A DNA stretch of 63,837 nt, the filler included, from Octopus bimaculoides (lineage: Eukaryota), in NCBI RefSeq assembly GCF_001194135.2. It is 6 parts of 5 records of this genome, joined end to end, with 100 filler letters (N's around TTAATTAATTAA, not from the genome) between each part and the next. Parts side by side here need not be neighbours in the genome. Positions count along the whole stretch, not along the records: positions 41,514 to 58,320 come from NC_069004.1; positions 58,421 to 63,837 come from NC_069010.1; 4 more parts are not named here. The stretch is one strand, 5' to 3'. The notes under the pieces are model-generated. The model was not told the DNA's origin, ran no database searches, and saw only the letters and a program-made list of their open reading frames with translations. A program made the translations under genes and the position numbers. This document shows positions 51,466-63,837 of the stretch, in pieces; position 1 is the stretch's first letter, and the number at the start of each line of letters is the position of its first letter.

Positions 51466-52483
51466 CATATATATATATACATATATATATATANNNNNNN
51501 NNNNNNNNNNNNNNNNNNNNNNNNNNNNNNNNNNNNNNNNNNNNNNNNNNNNNNNNNNNNNNNNNNNNNNNNNNNNNNNNNNNNNNNNNNNNNNNNNNNN
51601 NNNNNNNNNNNNNNNNNNNNNNNNNNNNNNNNNNNNNNNNNNNNNNNNNNNNNNNNNNNNNNNNNNNNNNNNNNNNNNNNNNNNNNNNNNNNNNNNNNNN
51701 NNNNNNNNNNNNNNNNNNNNNNNNNNNNNNNNNNNNNNNNNNNNNNNNNNNNNNNNNNNNNNNNNNNNNNNNNNNNNNNNNNNNNNNNNNNNNNNNNNNN
51801 NNNNNNNNNNNNNNNNNNNNNNNNNNNNNNNNNNNNNNNNNNNNNNNNNNNNNNNNNNNNNNNNNNNNNNNNNNNNNNNNNNNNNNNNNNNNNNNNNNNN
51901 NNNNNNNNNNNNNNNNNNNNNNNNNNNNNNNNNNNNNNNNNNNNNNNNNNNNNNNNNNNNNNNNNNNNNNNNNNNNNNNNNNNNNNNNNNNNNNNNNNNN
52001 NNNNNNNNNNNNNNNNNNNNNNNNNNNNNNNNNNNNNNNNNNNNNNNNNNNNNNNNNNNNNNNNNNNNNNNNNNNNNNNNNNNNNNNNNNNNNNNNNNNN
52101 NNNNNNNNNNNNNNNNNNNNNNNNNNNNNNNNNNNNNNNNNNNNNNNNNNNNNNNNNNNNNNNNNNNNNNNNNNNNNNNNNNNNNNNNNNNNNNNNNNNN
52201 NNNNNNNNNNNNNNNNNNNNNNNNNNNNNNNNNNNNNNNNNNNNNNNNNNNNNNNNNNNNNNNNNNNNNNNNNNNNNNNNNNNNNNNNNNNNNNNNNNNN
52301 NNNNNNNNNNNNNNNNNNNNNNNNNNNNNNNNNNNNNNNNNNNNNNNNNNNNNNNNNNNNNNNNNNNNNNNNNNNNNNNNNNNNNNNNNNNNNNNNNNNN
52401 NNNNNNNNNNNNNNNNNNNNNNNNNNNNNNNNNNNNNNNNNNNNNNNNNNNNNNNNNNNNNNNNNNNNNNNNNNNNNNNNNNN

Positions 52484-52815
52484 GTCGTAGGATCGTGGTT
52501 TCGATTCCCAGACCGGGCGTTTTGAGTGTTTATTGAGCGAAAACACCTAAAGCCCCACGAGGATCCGGCAGGGGGTGGTGGCTGCTGTACTCTTTCACCA
52601 CAACTTTCTCTCACTCTTTCTTCCTGTTTCTGTTGTACCTGTAATTCAAAGGGGTCAGCCTTGTCACACAGTGTCACGTTGAATCGCCCCGAGAACTACG
52701 TTAAGGGTACACGTGTCTGCGGAGTGCTCAGCCACTCGCACGTTAATTTCACGAGCAGGCTGTTCCGTTGATCGGATCAACTGGAACCCTCGTCGTCGTA
52801 ACTGACGGAGTGCCA
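52484..52815 (+). mobile_element. SINE family A
   Basis: Matches the family-A body and tail. Confidence 0.85.
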
Positions 52816-53555
52816 CGACGACAGTGGAGATTTTGATGAGGGGAGGGGGCGCTGGAAATGGTTGTGGCAGTGGCTTATGTGGTAAGGTGGTGGCTATGGT
52901 GGTGGGGTGGAGGGGTTGGCAGTGGTGGTAGTAACGGTAAAGTTGACAGTTGTGTTGTGTAAATCTTCCACGAAACAATAGACATTGCTTCCAACAGTCA
53001 AAGAACGAAATAAGCTCTAATCCAGCCAGGGTTAACTCTCGTAAGGACTCGGGTGACTTGGGAAACGGTGTGGTGGAGGACGATTCTTCCTCGAATACAT
53101 ACATACATACATACATACATACATAAATACTGACATTCATACATACAAACAAATACACACACATACATATATATATATACATATATATATATACATNNNN
53201 NNNNNNNNNNNNNNNNNNNNNNNNNNNNNNNNNNNNNNNNNNNNNNNNNNNNNNNNNNNNNNNNNNNNNNNNNNNNNNNNNNNNNNNNNNNNNNNNNNNN
53301 NNNNNNNNNNNNNNNNNNNNNNNNNNNNNNNNNNNNNNNNNNNNNNNNNNNNNNNNNNNNNNNNNNNNNNNNNNNNNNNNNNNNNNNNNNNNNNNNNNNN
53401 NNNNNNNNNNNNNNNNNNNNNNNNNNNNNNNNNNNNNNNNNNNNNNNNNNNNNNNNNNNNNNNNNNNNNNNNNNNNNNNNNNNNNNNNNNNNNNNNNNNN
53501 NNNNNNNNNNNNNNNNNNNNNNNNNNNNNNNNNNNNNNNNNNNNNNNNNNNNNNN

Positions 53556-53900
53556 CCCGGGTTCAGTCCCACTGCGTGGCATCTTGGGCAAGTGTCTTCT
53601 ACTATAGCCTCGGGCCGACCAAAGCCTTGTGAGTGGATTTGGTAGACGGAAACTGAAAGAAGCCCGTCGTATGTATGTATATATATATGTATGTGTGTAT
53701 GTGTTTGTGTGTCTGTCTTTGTCCCCCCAACATCGCTTGACAACCGATGCTGGTGTGTTTATGTCCCCGTAACTTAGCGGTTCGGCAAAAGAGACCGATA
53801 GAATAAGTACTAGGCTTCTAAAGAATAAGTCCTGGGGTCGATTTGCTCGACTAAAGGTGGTGCTCCAGCATGGCCACAGTCAAAAGACTGAAACAAATAA
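53556..53900 (+). mobile_element. SINE family C
   Basis: Matches 14282-14725. Confidence 0.85.
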
Positions 53901-54103
53901 AATAGTAAATAGTAAAAAAAATAGTAAATATATATAATGCTCTAAATGAGGAGTAGATTAGACAGCCGACAACTGATGAAGGGTCGTTCTTTATGTTACT
54001 TGTCCTGTTTTCCATTTGTTTCTCTCGTTGTTTACGTATTGAACTCATTTGTTTTCGTATTTCATGTTGTTTACTCTTGCTGACGTCCTCTACCGATATA
54101 TGC

Positions 54104-54146
<43 letters not shown>

Positions 54147-55226
54147 CACCAGCAGCAGCAGCACATCTACCACCACCACCACAACCACTACTTCCATCAC
54201 AGCCACTAACACCCCTCCCATTGCCAACGCCACCATCATCGCCAGCACTAACATTACTACGTCATCCACCACCAAAGCCATAATAACTACCACAACACCA
54301 GCCCGACCACTACCACTACCACAACCGCCACCAGCACCATTAGCGGTGCTATCACCTCTACTATCACCGCAACTGCCACCACATCCACAAACACTACCAT
54401 CACCACTATCACGTCCACCGCCACCAGCACCAGCACCATTACCAACACGTCAACGCGTGCCACCGCCACCACCATTATCACCAGAAGAACCACTATCATT
54501 CTAAGCACCATCCTCACCACAACTACCATGACCACCACTACCACCTCTACCACCACAACCACCTCCACCTCGACCAACACCAACAACACCATCAGCACCA
54601 GCATCTGTAACACCATCGCCACATCCACCATTACTACTACCACCACAAGAACCGCTACCATCCAAAGCACCATCCGCACCACGACAACTACAATGGCCTA
54701 CCACTAACACCTCAACCACCACCACAACCCCAACTACTGCCAACGACGCTACCATCACTAGTACGGAATCAACCCGCCTGCCCATCCCTTCCACCGTCAT
54801 AAACAACACCCGGTCTCGGAACGGGGATTAAGTAAAGGTGAATGTTTGAATAACTAATTAATCTCTCTCTATCCATTGTTCTTTTCTGTTTGAAGGCCAC
54901 CCTCTCTCCTCTCTCACTCTCTCTCTCTCTCTNNNNNNNNNNNNNNNNNNNNNNNNNNNNNNNNNNNNNNNNNNNNNNNNNNNNNNNNNNNNNNNNNNNN
55001 NNNNNNNNNNNNNNNNNNNNNNNNNNNNNNNNNNNNNNNNNNNNNNNNNNNNNNNNNNNNNNNNNNNNNNNNNNNNNNNNNNNNNNNNNNNNNNNNNNNN
55101 NNNNNNCCGTCATAAACAACACCCGGTCTCGGAACGGGGATTAAGTAAAGGTGAATGTTTGAATAACTAATTAATCTCTCTCTATCCATTGTTCTTTTCT
55201 GTTTGAAGGCCACCCTCTCTCCTCTC

Positions 55227-55271
<45 letters not shown>

Positions 55272-55652
55272 CTCTCCCTCTGTCTCTATCGCTGCAGGGT
55301 AGTCTGTCTGTCTGTATGTCCGTGTGTACTCAATTGTTTCTTTTCAGTGCCTGATACAACCGCCCACCTCCACGTCATGTTCCTTCGATTCCGTACGGCA
55401 CAGAGCACCAACATCGCTAACTTATTCGGCTGTCCCCACCCAGGATCACAAACAATTCGCTGACAATATAGCAAAGCTGCTGTCATCAGCAACTCCAAGA
55501 CCAGAATCATCATTACCTTTATCAACATCATCATCATTAACGTCGTTGTCGTCATCACCATCATCATCATCATCCTTATCATCACCACCATCATCATCGT
55601 CATCGTCATCATCATCATCATCACTATCATCATCATCATCCTCATCATCATC

Positions 55653-55690
<38 letters not shown>

Positions 55691-56012
55691 TAATGGATTT
55701 TACCTGTCCCACTCCCTCAATTTGGACTCTTGTTCGCATTCATAGCAACTCAATACGTCAATAAATTACTAATGTTCCTGGACGTTGTCTTTATATCTAC
55801 CACGGACTGCTCGAAACTTACAAACTTCCTACACATAGATCATCGGATCATCGTCTGAAGAAATGAATCAATGATGATGATCAACCGGATGCCCATGGAT
55901 ACTACAGACTGCACTGTAATAATCACTGGAAATACAGTTCGCATTACGGAATTCCACGTTGCAGTAAAATCTTACTTCCATCATGTGGGTGATACATACA
56001 TATACATGTATA

Positions 56013-56082
<70 letters not shown>

Positions 56083-56108
56083 TATACATATATGTGTATA
56101 AATATATG

Positions 56109-56157
<49 letters not shown>

Positions 56158-56158
56158 G

Positions 56159-56190
<32 letters not shown>

Positions 56191-56287
56191 GACATATAAT
56201 AAACACATATATAAATACATATATACATATATATGTGTGTGTGCGTGTGTGTATGTATTTATATGTGCTTATATGTATATATATATG

Positions 56288-56337
<50 letters not shown>

Positions 56338-56390
56338 CNNNNNNNNNNNNNNNNNNNNNNNNNNNNNNNNNNNNNNNNNNNNNNNNNNNN

Positions 56391-56437
<47 letters not shown>

Positions 56438-56973
56438 ATGGATGGATGGATGGATATGTATACAGCCAAATTCATGTATATACACCCACAGACATACATA
56501 CACATGAATATATGTGTGCGTGTGTGTGTATGTGTGTGTATGTGTATGTACAGCGAAGAGTTCTTAGACAGACAGGGACAGACAAGAATACAAAACGACA
56601 TTGGCAGACATTTTGGGACGTAAAGACAGAGAAATAAATAAGACAGAGAAATAAAGGAGGATGATACGGAAGGAAAAGGCAGAGATAGAGGAGGTAAGAG
56701 TTAAGTTGTCAAATATATCAAGAAAAATAGAGGTTAACTGTTTAAGTAGCGCCATCTGTCGTGTTGTCGTCGGCTTGGTGTTTATATGTTGGTTAAGCTG
56801 TTTGTTTCTCAGTCGCGTGATCGGCTGCACAGCGACATCGATAGCACTTTCCACCCTCGCATCCTCGCATCTCACTACTTCCAACCTAACCCTCAACTTC
56901 TTTCGCTCACAAGGTTGATTCATCACAAGTTAGTTGTATTCATATCATACGGCATGAATGTACAGAACGCGAG

Positions 56974-57022
<49 letters not shown>

Positions 57023-57284
57023 TGTGTGTAAATAATATCGGTGGCTAATTAGCGATTGTACAACCTAAAGGCAGAAATATATACGTCAACAGTATTGCTA
57101 GAAATAAGAGCTAAAATAACTCAATACTCACACACGCACTGTCTTAATGACTGACCGTGGAGACAAGCTCCACAAGCTCCACAAGGTAGCCAGTTCATCG
57201 ACGATTTTGCATTTTGTTGCTTAATGCATCATAATGCTCAGCGGAGTCTCTCACTGCGCCTAGGGTGGAGAGGACCATATATAT

Positions 57285-57560
57285 ATATGGCTCGGTGGCT
57301 AAGGTGTTGCACTTACGATTGTGAGATCGTGGGTTCGATTCCCAGACCAGTCGTTGCGTTGTGTTCTTGAGCGAAGCACTTTATTTCACATTGCTCTACG
57401 ATCATTTCGTCATCTGACATGCTTCACCCGTTGCACCTGTACAGGTAAATGTCGATTTTATTGAGAGAGCGAGCTTATGTCCAACACAAACATTTGATCA
57501 CTATAAACAAATCTGTGGTTGTTCGATAAGAAATTATCGAACCCTCATACGTCGTCTAAC
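57285..57560 (+). mobile_element. tRNA-derived SINE, family D
   Basis: GGCTCGGTGGCTAAG..GGTTCGATTCCC head, then GTTGTGTTCTTGAGCGAAGCACTTTATTTCAC. A related copy lies at about 25020-25240. Confidence 0.6.
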
Positions 57561-58155
57561 GACGAAAGAGTCCATCATATTTACATACGACGGGATTCTT
57601 TTAGTTTCCGTCTACCAAATACACTATCAAGGCTTTAGTAGGCTCGAAGCCATAGTAAACGTCATTAGTCAAAGGTGCTACACAGTGGGACTGAACCCTG
57701 AAACATGTGGTTGGTAAGTAAACTTCTTACCACGGAAGAGTTTTCGATCATAGACTAGATGTTAAGACAAAAGACGCATCATTATTATAGTGTTGTAACT
57801 GATCAAGGTATGCTTTTGGTCATAGATCAGCTGTACCAGTGAGGAAGAACAAGGAAGCCAACAAGACCAACAAATTGTTTCTACGCGTCAAATCTCCCTC
57901 ATATCACCCCGCACGGTCTTCATTTTAATGGGTCACATCACATTGATAACTGATCGACAGCAACAGCAGCAGTATGCTATTTAATAGTTCGACCATTGCA
58001 TTATGTGTAAACAAACCAGAGTTATTTATTTTCAAAATTTTTCCAAATAGATTAAACAAAATAAACATACAAGCATTGATATCAACAAACAATGTTAACT
58101 GGCGATTCTCACGTTTATTGAAGTCGTTGTAGTGTAAGGTGTGGCTTGACTTCTG

Positions 58156-58320
58156 TGGCGGTGGCGGAAGCCGTGGTGGCGGAGGCCGTGGTGGCGGAGG
58201 CCGTGGTGGCGGAGGCCGTGGCGGAGGCCGTGGCGGAGGCCGTGGCGGAGGCCGAGGCGGAGGGCGTGGTGGCGGCGACGGCGACGGGCGTGGTGGAAGC
58301 GACGGCGACGGGCGTGGTGG
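58156..58320 (+). repeat. GC-rich 12/15-bp tandem repeat (GGCGGAGGCCGT[GGT])
   Basis: Visible tandem units. One frame reads as GGGR repeats. It runs into a gap. Confidence 0.85.
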
Positions 58321-58420
58321 NNNNNNNNNNNNNNNNNNNNNNNNNNNNNNNNNNNNNNNNNNNNTTAATTAATTAANNNNNNNNNNNNNNNNNNNNNNNN
58401 NNNNNNNNNNNNNNNNNNNN

Positions 58421-58655
58421 AGTTCTCGAGGAGATCCAGCGTGACACGGAGTGTGACAAGGCTGGCCCCTTGAATTATATAAACTGGCACTCCGTCAGTT
58501 GCGACGGCGAGGGTTCCAGATGATCCGATCGACGGGAACAGCCTGCTCGTGAAATTAACTTGCAAGTGGACGAGTACTCCACAGACACGTGTACCTTTAA
58601 CGTAATCTTCGGGGAGATTCAGCGTGACACAATGTGAACAAGGCTGGCCCTTTTT
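58421..58655 (-). mobile_element. SINE family A fragment
   Basis: Reverse-complement match to the 3' half of family A. Confidence 0.75.
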
Positions 58656-58849
58656 CAAATACAGGTACAACTCATTTTTGTCAGCTGAGTGGACTGGAGC
58701 AATAATAATAATTAATTCGTTTTATTGGCCACAAGGGCTAATATCAATTAAAAACATAATAATAATCCTCTCAGCTATAGGCAAAAGACCTGAAATTTGG
58801 GGGGAAGGGACAACTTGATTACATTGACCCCGGTGCACATCATCTTCAT

Positions 58850-59280
58850 TAAGCATTGGTTTTCCAAGCTGGCATGGGTTGGACGGGTTGACTGGAAGTG
58901 ATAAACCGGATTGCTGTCCCAGGCTTCAGTCTGATTTTAGCTTGGTTTCTATGACTGGATGCCCTTCCTAATGCCAACCACTCCAGAACGTAGTGTGGGC
59001 ACAGGGCCCCTTATGCATTACTGGCACAGCTGACTCATACGTATCATTGGCATGGGTGCCTCTTGCACGTCACCGACATTGGTATCTCTTATATGACACT
59101 GGTACCTCTTACATTCCAATGGCATGGGTGGGTGCTTTTTACGTGTCACCAGAATGGGTACCTCTCACGTGTCACTGGCACAAGCACCTTTCACATGTCA
59201 CCAGGAAAAGTGTCTCTCATGTGTCACCAGCATGGGTGCCACTAATGCATCACTAGCATGGGTGTGCTCTACGTGCCACT
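58850..59280 (-). mobile_element. RTE-related 3' tail with a degenerate ~26-30-bp minisatellite
   Basis: Reverse complement of GTTGGCATTAGGAAGGGCATCCAG plus tandem CATGGGTG/GTCAC units. A similar tail lies at about 60335-60470. Confidence 0.55.
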
Positions 59281-59837
59281 GGTAAATATTTCATCGACCC
59301 TGAAAGGACAAAAGGCAAAGTCGACCTCGGCGGAATTTGAACTCAGAACATAGAGATGGCTGTGAATAAAGAGGAAAAAAAACTTGTTTAATTATAGATA
59401 TTCTTTTTTACTCTAGGCACAAGGCCCGAAATTTTGGGGGAGGGGAGGACAGTCAACTAGATCAACCCCAGTACGAAACTGCTCCTTAATTTATCAACCC
59501 CGAAAGGATGAAGGTCCAAGTCGACCTTGGTGGAAGTTGAACTCAGAACATAGCGACAGGTGAAATGCCGCCAAGCATTTTGTCCAGTGCGCTAACGATT
59601 ATGCCAGCTCACCACCTTTGATGATAATAAGAACAACAACACTTCAATAAAATCAATAGTGTGACTTGTGTTTGTTTGTGCAAGACAACAATTAAAACTA
59701 TAAACATTTTAATAAATAATTAGTAGTAATTACACTAGACAAACATTACAAGAATTGATTGGGATGTTGTATCCTTTCTCAACATAAGCAATTATATATA
59801 AACATAGATAGATAGATAGATAGATAAATAGATAGAC

Positions 59838-59869
<32 letters not shown>

Positions 59870-59904
59870 GTAGATAGATAGATGTATACTCTTTTTTACA
59901 CTTT

Positions 59905-60270
59905 TACTTGTTTCAGTCAGCGCCTTTTAGTCGAGCAAATCGACCCCAGGAGTTATTCTTTGTAAGCCTAGTACTTATTCTATTGGTCTGTTTTGCCGAA
60001 CTGCTAAGTTACGGGGGACGTAAACACACCAGCATCGGTTGTCAAGCAATATTAGGGCAGGACAAATACAGACACACAAACATATATATATATATACATA
60101 TATACGACAGGCTTCTTTCAGTTTCCGTCTGCCAAATCCACTCACAAGGCTTTGGTTGGCCCAAGGCTATAGTAGAAGACACTTGCCCAAGGTGTCACGC
60201 AGTGGGAATGAACCCGGAACCATGTGGTTGGTAAGCAAGCTACTTACCACACAGCCACTCCTGCGCCTAT
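59905..60270 (-). mobile_element. SINE family C
   Basis: Reverse-complement match. Diverged copies also lie at about 34335-34470, 45170-45425, 57580-57735 (all -) and 61690-61850 (+). Confidence 0.8.
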
Positions 60271-61261
60271 GTATCTATACATTTTGATATATACACATAG
60301 ATATACACACAAATATACACACGGTTTTTCATCATCATCATCATTTAATATCTGTTTTCTATGCTGGCATGGGCTGAATGGTTCGACAGGATCTGCCAAG
60401 CCAAGGGACTGCTCTGGTATGGATTCTACAGCTCGATGTCCTTTCTGATGCCATCCTACTTTAGAGTGTACTGGGTGCAGTTCATATACATGCATGCGCG
60501 TGTGTGCACGCATGTGCAAGTGTTGTATATAGACAATTGGGTGAGAATGCAGGACCGTGTGGGTTAACATCTTCCCTTCACAATCACAACGGTGTCCTGG
60601 TTCCCTCTCAGAACACAGTACCTCAAGTAAATAAGGTGTCTTCTACCCAAGCATCAAGTTTTCTCAATGTGGCCCATTCACAAGCAAGGCAAACTGAGTA
60701 TGATAAAACAGGAATTCTACCCCAAACTTTCCAACCACACTTTCATGAGAAGAGCTCCTAGTTTAATGAACACGCCCTCCCACACCTCTCACTAAACCAG
60801 ATATATGAAGAACCACACACACACACACCTCTCATTTAGTATCATCCTTGCTGCATTGTCAGGTATCCGTGGAAACCGTTTCATTCTTCAAGGGAGCTAG
60901 TGGTGTACATGCTTACCAAAAACAACTGAGGATGTTGAGGATCTTTCACAAAATAAACCCCTCCATCTGTCTACCCTCTTCGCCCACTACTCCTGGGACG
61001 GTTATGGAAGTAGGGTCATCAAACACCTCCTTGTTACACTTTGTGGATAGACACCCAAGCGTGACCAACGGAGTCTGTGGATATCATCCGACTGTCTCAC
61101 ATTTGGTCTACCCTTAAGCCTCCTCCTGCTGGCTGGCTTGACTTAACCCTTTTGCAATCAGACTCCTCTGTCAAATGTATTGCTTATTTATTCACATTGC
61201 TTTGAATTCATCATGCATTATTTTGTAGCTTCAGTGGAGGCGCAATGGCCCAGTGGTTAGG

Positions 61262-61496
61262 GTAACAAGCACCCGTCCTGGTGCCACGTAACAAGCACCC
61301 GTCCTGGTGCCAAGTAACAAGCACCCGTCCTGGTGCCACATAAGAAGTACCCGTCCTGGTGCCACATAAGAAGCACCCATGCTGGTTCCACATAACAAAC
61401 ATCTGTACCAGTGCCTACATAACAAGCACCCATCCTGGTGCCACGTAACAAGCACCCGTCCTGGTGCCACGTAACAAGCACCTGTGCTGGTGTCAC
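61262..61496 (+). repeat. 26-bp minisatellite, 9 copies (GTAACAAGCACCCGTCCTGGTGCCAC)
   Basis: Directly visible tandem units without spacers. Confidence 0.9.
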
Positions 61497-61981
61497 ATCG
61501 GAAGCACTCAGTAGACTCTGAAAAGAGGTTGGGTGTTAGGAAGGGCATCCAGCCATAGAAACCATGCCAAAACAGATATCTTCACCTGCTCCTGCATGGA
61601 AAACGAAGTAACTGTGATAGAACGAGAGGTAAAGTTGACCTTGACACAATTCGAAAACAGAACACAGAGCCAAGGGCCAGAATGAATACTGCAGGCATGC
61701 CTGTGCAGTTGAGAAACCTGTTCCCCAACCATGTCATCTTGGGCTGAGTGCCACGGCGGGGCACCTTGGGAAAGTGTCTTCTCCCATATTCCTGGGCCAG
61801 CCAAAACCTTGTGAGTGAAATCAGTAGACAGTAACTGAAACAAACCTGTTGCATGTGTGTGTGTGTGTGGAAAAGTTCCTAGCTTTAAGGATGTCGTGAA
61901 AAGCCTGGTTCAAGGCCCAACCTTCCAGGTTCTCTTACAGGGCTTAGAAATACTGAAGGACCACTGCAATAAGTGTGTGAA

Positions 61982-62024
<43 letters not shown>

Positions 62025-62118
62025 NNNNNNNNNNNNNNNNNNNNNNNNNCGCACACACAATCTACACACATACATATACTCATGTGCTCGCGCGGGCACA
62101 CAAACACAGACATACGCG

Positions 62119-62164
<46 letters not shown>

Positions 62165-62414
62165 CGCGCGTGCAGATAAAGAGGTGGGAAGGAAGAGGGG
62201 AGGGAGAGGGGTGATAGAGGGGCAGAAAGAGAGAGAGATGGAGAGAAGGAGGTGCGTGTTGTGAATAAGGGGAGATAAATCAATAGGGCATTGTGATAAA
62301 AGAACATATTGATTAGCTTGAAATCGACAACGAGACTACGCGGCGTTGACTGTCGTCCAATAGCACACCCCATCTCTCTCTCTATCCTGGTAGAGCTGAT
62401 TTACTTCACCGAAT

Positions 62415-62450
<36 letters not shown>

Positions 62451-63837
62451 NNNNNNNNNNNNNNNNNNNNNNNNNNNNNNNNNNNNNNNNNNNNNNNNNN
62501 NNNNNNNNNNNNNNNNNNNNNNNNNNNNNNNNNNNNNNNNNNNNNNNNNNNNNNNNNNNNNNNNNNNNNNNNNNNNNNNNNNNNNNNNNNNNNNNNNNNN
62601 NNNNNNNNNNNNNNNNNNNNNNNNNNNNNNNNNNNNNNNNNNNNNNNNNNNNNNNNNNNNNNNNNNNNNNNNNNNNNNNNNNNNNNNNNNNNNNNNNNNN
62701 NNNNNNNNNNNNNNNNNNNNNNNNNNNNNNNNNNNNNNNNNNNNNNNNNNNNNNNNNNNNNNNNNNNNNNNNNNNNNNNNNNNNNNNNNNNNNNNNNNNN
62801 NNNNNNNNNNNNNNNNNNNNNNNNNNNNNNNNNNNNNNNNNNNNNNNNNNNNNNNNNNNNNNNNNNNNNNNNNNNNNNNNNNNNNNNNNNNNNNNNNNNN
62901 NNNAGATAGATAGATAGATAGATGGATGGATAGATAGATGGATGGATGGATAGATAGATTGATAGATAGATAGATAAAGATAGACAAACAGACAGATAGA
63001 TCTAGATAGATAGATAGATAGATGCACAGAAAAATTGATAACTACATAGATCAATACAGATAGATATAAATGGATAGATCAATATAGCTATTGATGAATA
63101 GAAAAATCAATATAGATAAACAGACTGATTGATAGATAGATAGATACACAAACCAATATAGATAGATACAGAGAGATCAATAGAGCATTATACATTATTT
63201 ATAACACACACACACACACACATACGTATAGAAAAAGAGAGAGAGAGAGAGAGATGCAAACAGTTAGAGGGGGAGCAACAGACAGATAGACAGCTAGACA
63301 CACACACACACACATGCAAGGAAAGCGATCACAGAACTACAGACAGACAGACAGACAAAACGACAATAAAAGTCACTGAAATAGATTAGCTGAGATCGAT
63401 ATTGAAACAAGAGAGAGAGAGAGAGAGAGGGGTGGTGGAGAGTAAGTGATTGGTAACACAGACAATGATAATAGCTGAGGTAGATGATTAGTTAGCGGTA
63501 GAGCGAACCACCCGAACAAGCCGCCACTGTTGTTAATATCAAATCGATACTGTCTTTATTAGATTGACTAAATTGTCAAAGCTAACTTATATATACAGAG
63601 CTAAACACTTTTTTTTTTCCTTTCTGTGCAGTTAGTTCGGGAGGCAATGCTCCCCCATTTCTCTCTCACTCTCTCCAAACATTCACACAAGCCGCACAGA
63701 CAGACATACTGCAGCCAATTTAAACAATACTTTTATCCACTTGGTCATCGCTTCCGACGCTTCGAACCATTGATTATATAACACACATATTTGTACACAC
63801 ACATGCACCCCCCTACATATATATATATATATATATA

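Noticed and set aside
54049-54809. Mucin-like Thr/Pro-rich ORFs
   Set aside because: A degenerate (ACC)n tract that is open on both strands, with no signal peptide or convincing splice sites. Cannot be excluded without RNA data.
54787-55260. Perfect ~145-bp direct duplication on either side of an N gap
   Set aside because: 100% identity at contig ends indicates an unmerged overlap.
60560-61130. Possible LINE coding relic
   Set aside because: No diagnostic motif could be read in any frame.
61262-61496. CRISPR-like array
   Set aside because: Tandem 26-bp units have no unique spacers, there are no cas genes, and the context is eukaryotic.

Overview
Eukaryotic, AT-rich, gap-ridden animal genomic DNA. 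The three very abundant tRNA-derived SINE families, the microsatellite density and the C2H2-ZNF relic point to an octopus (inferred, not proven). I can build only one intact protein-coding gene: a 3-exon + strand gene (7587-15144, 234 aa) for a secreted protein with three chitin-binding type-2 (CBM14/peritrophin-A) domains, each on its own phase-1 exon. The rest is mostly mobile DNA: R4/Dong-like RLE LINEs stacked in a (TAA)n tract, RTE and L1/Tx1 relics, Tc1/mariner relics, many SINEs, microsatellites, and a frameshifted C2H2 zinc-finger fragment. The most notable hidden signal is a minimal type I hammerhead ribozyme with an intact core and palindromic stem III (36537-36602, minus). It sits at the inner edge of one arm of a ~570-bp foldback element. 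Decayed hammerhead-like motifs occur at about 2376, 30630 and 51307, one of them inside a direct-plus-inverted repeat structure. Together these suggest a family of non-autonomous Penelope/retrozyme-like elements. Most ORFs in the supplied track are microsatellite or N-gap artefacts.
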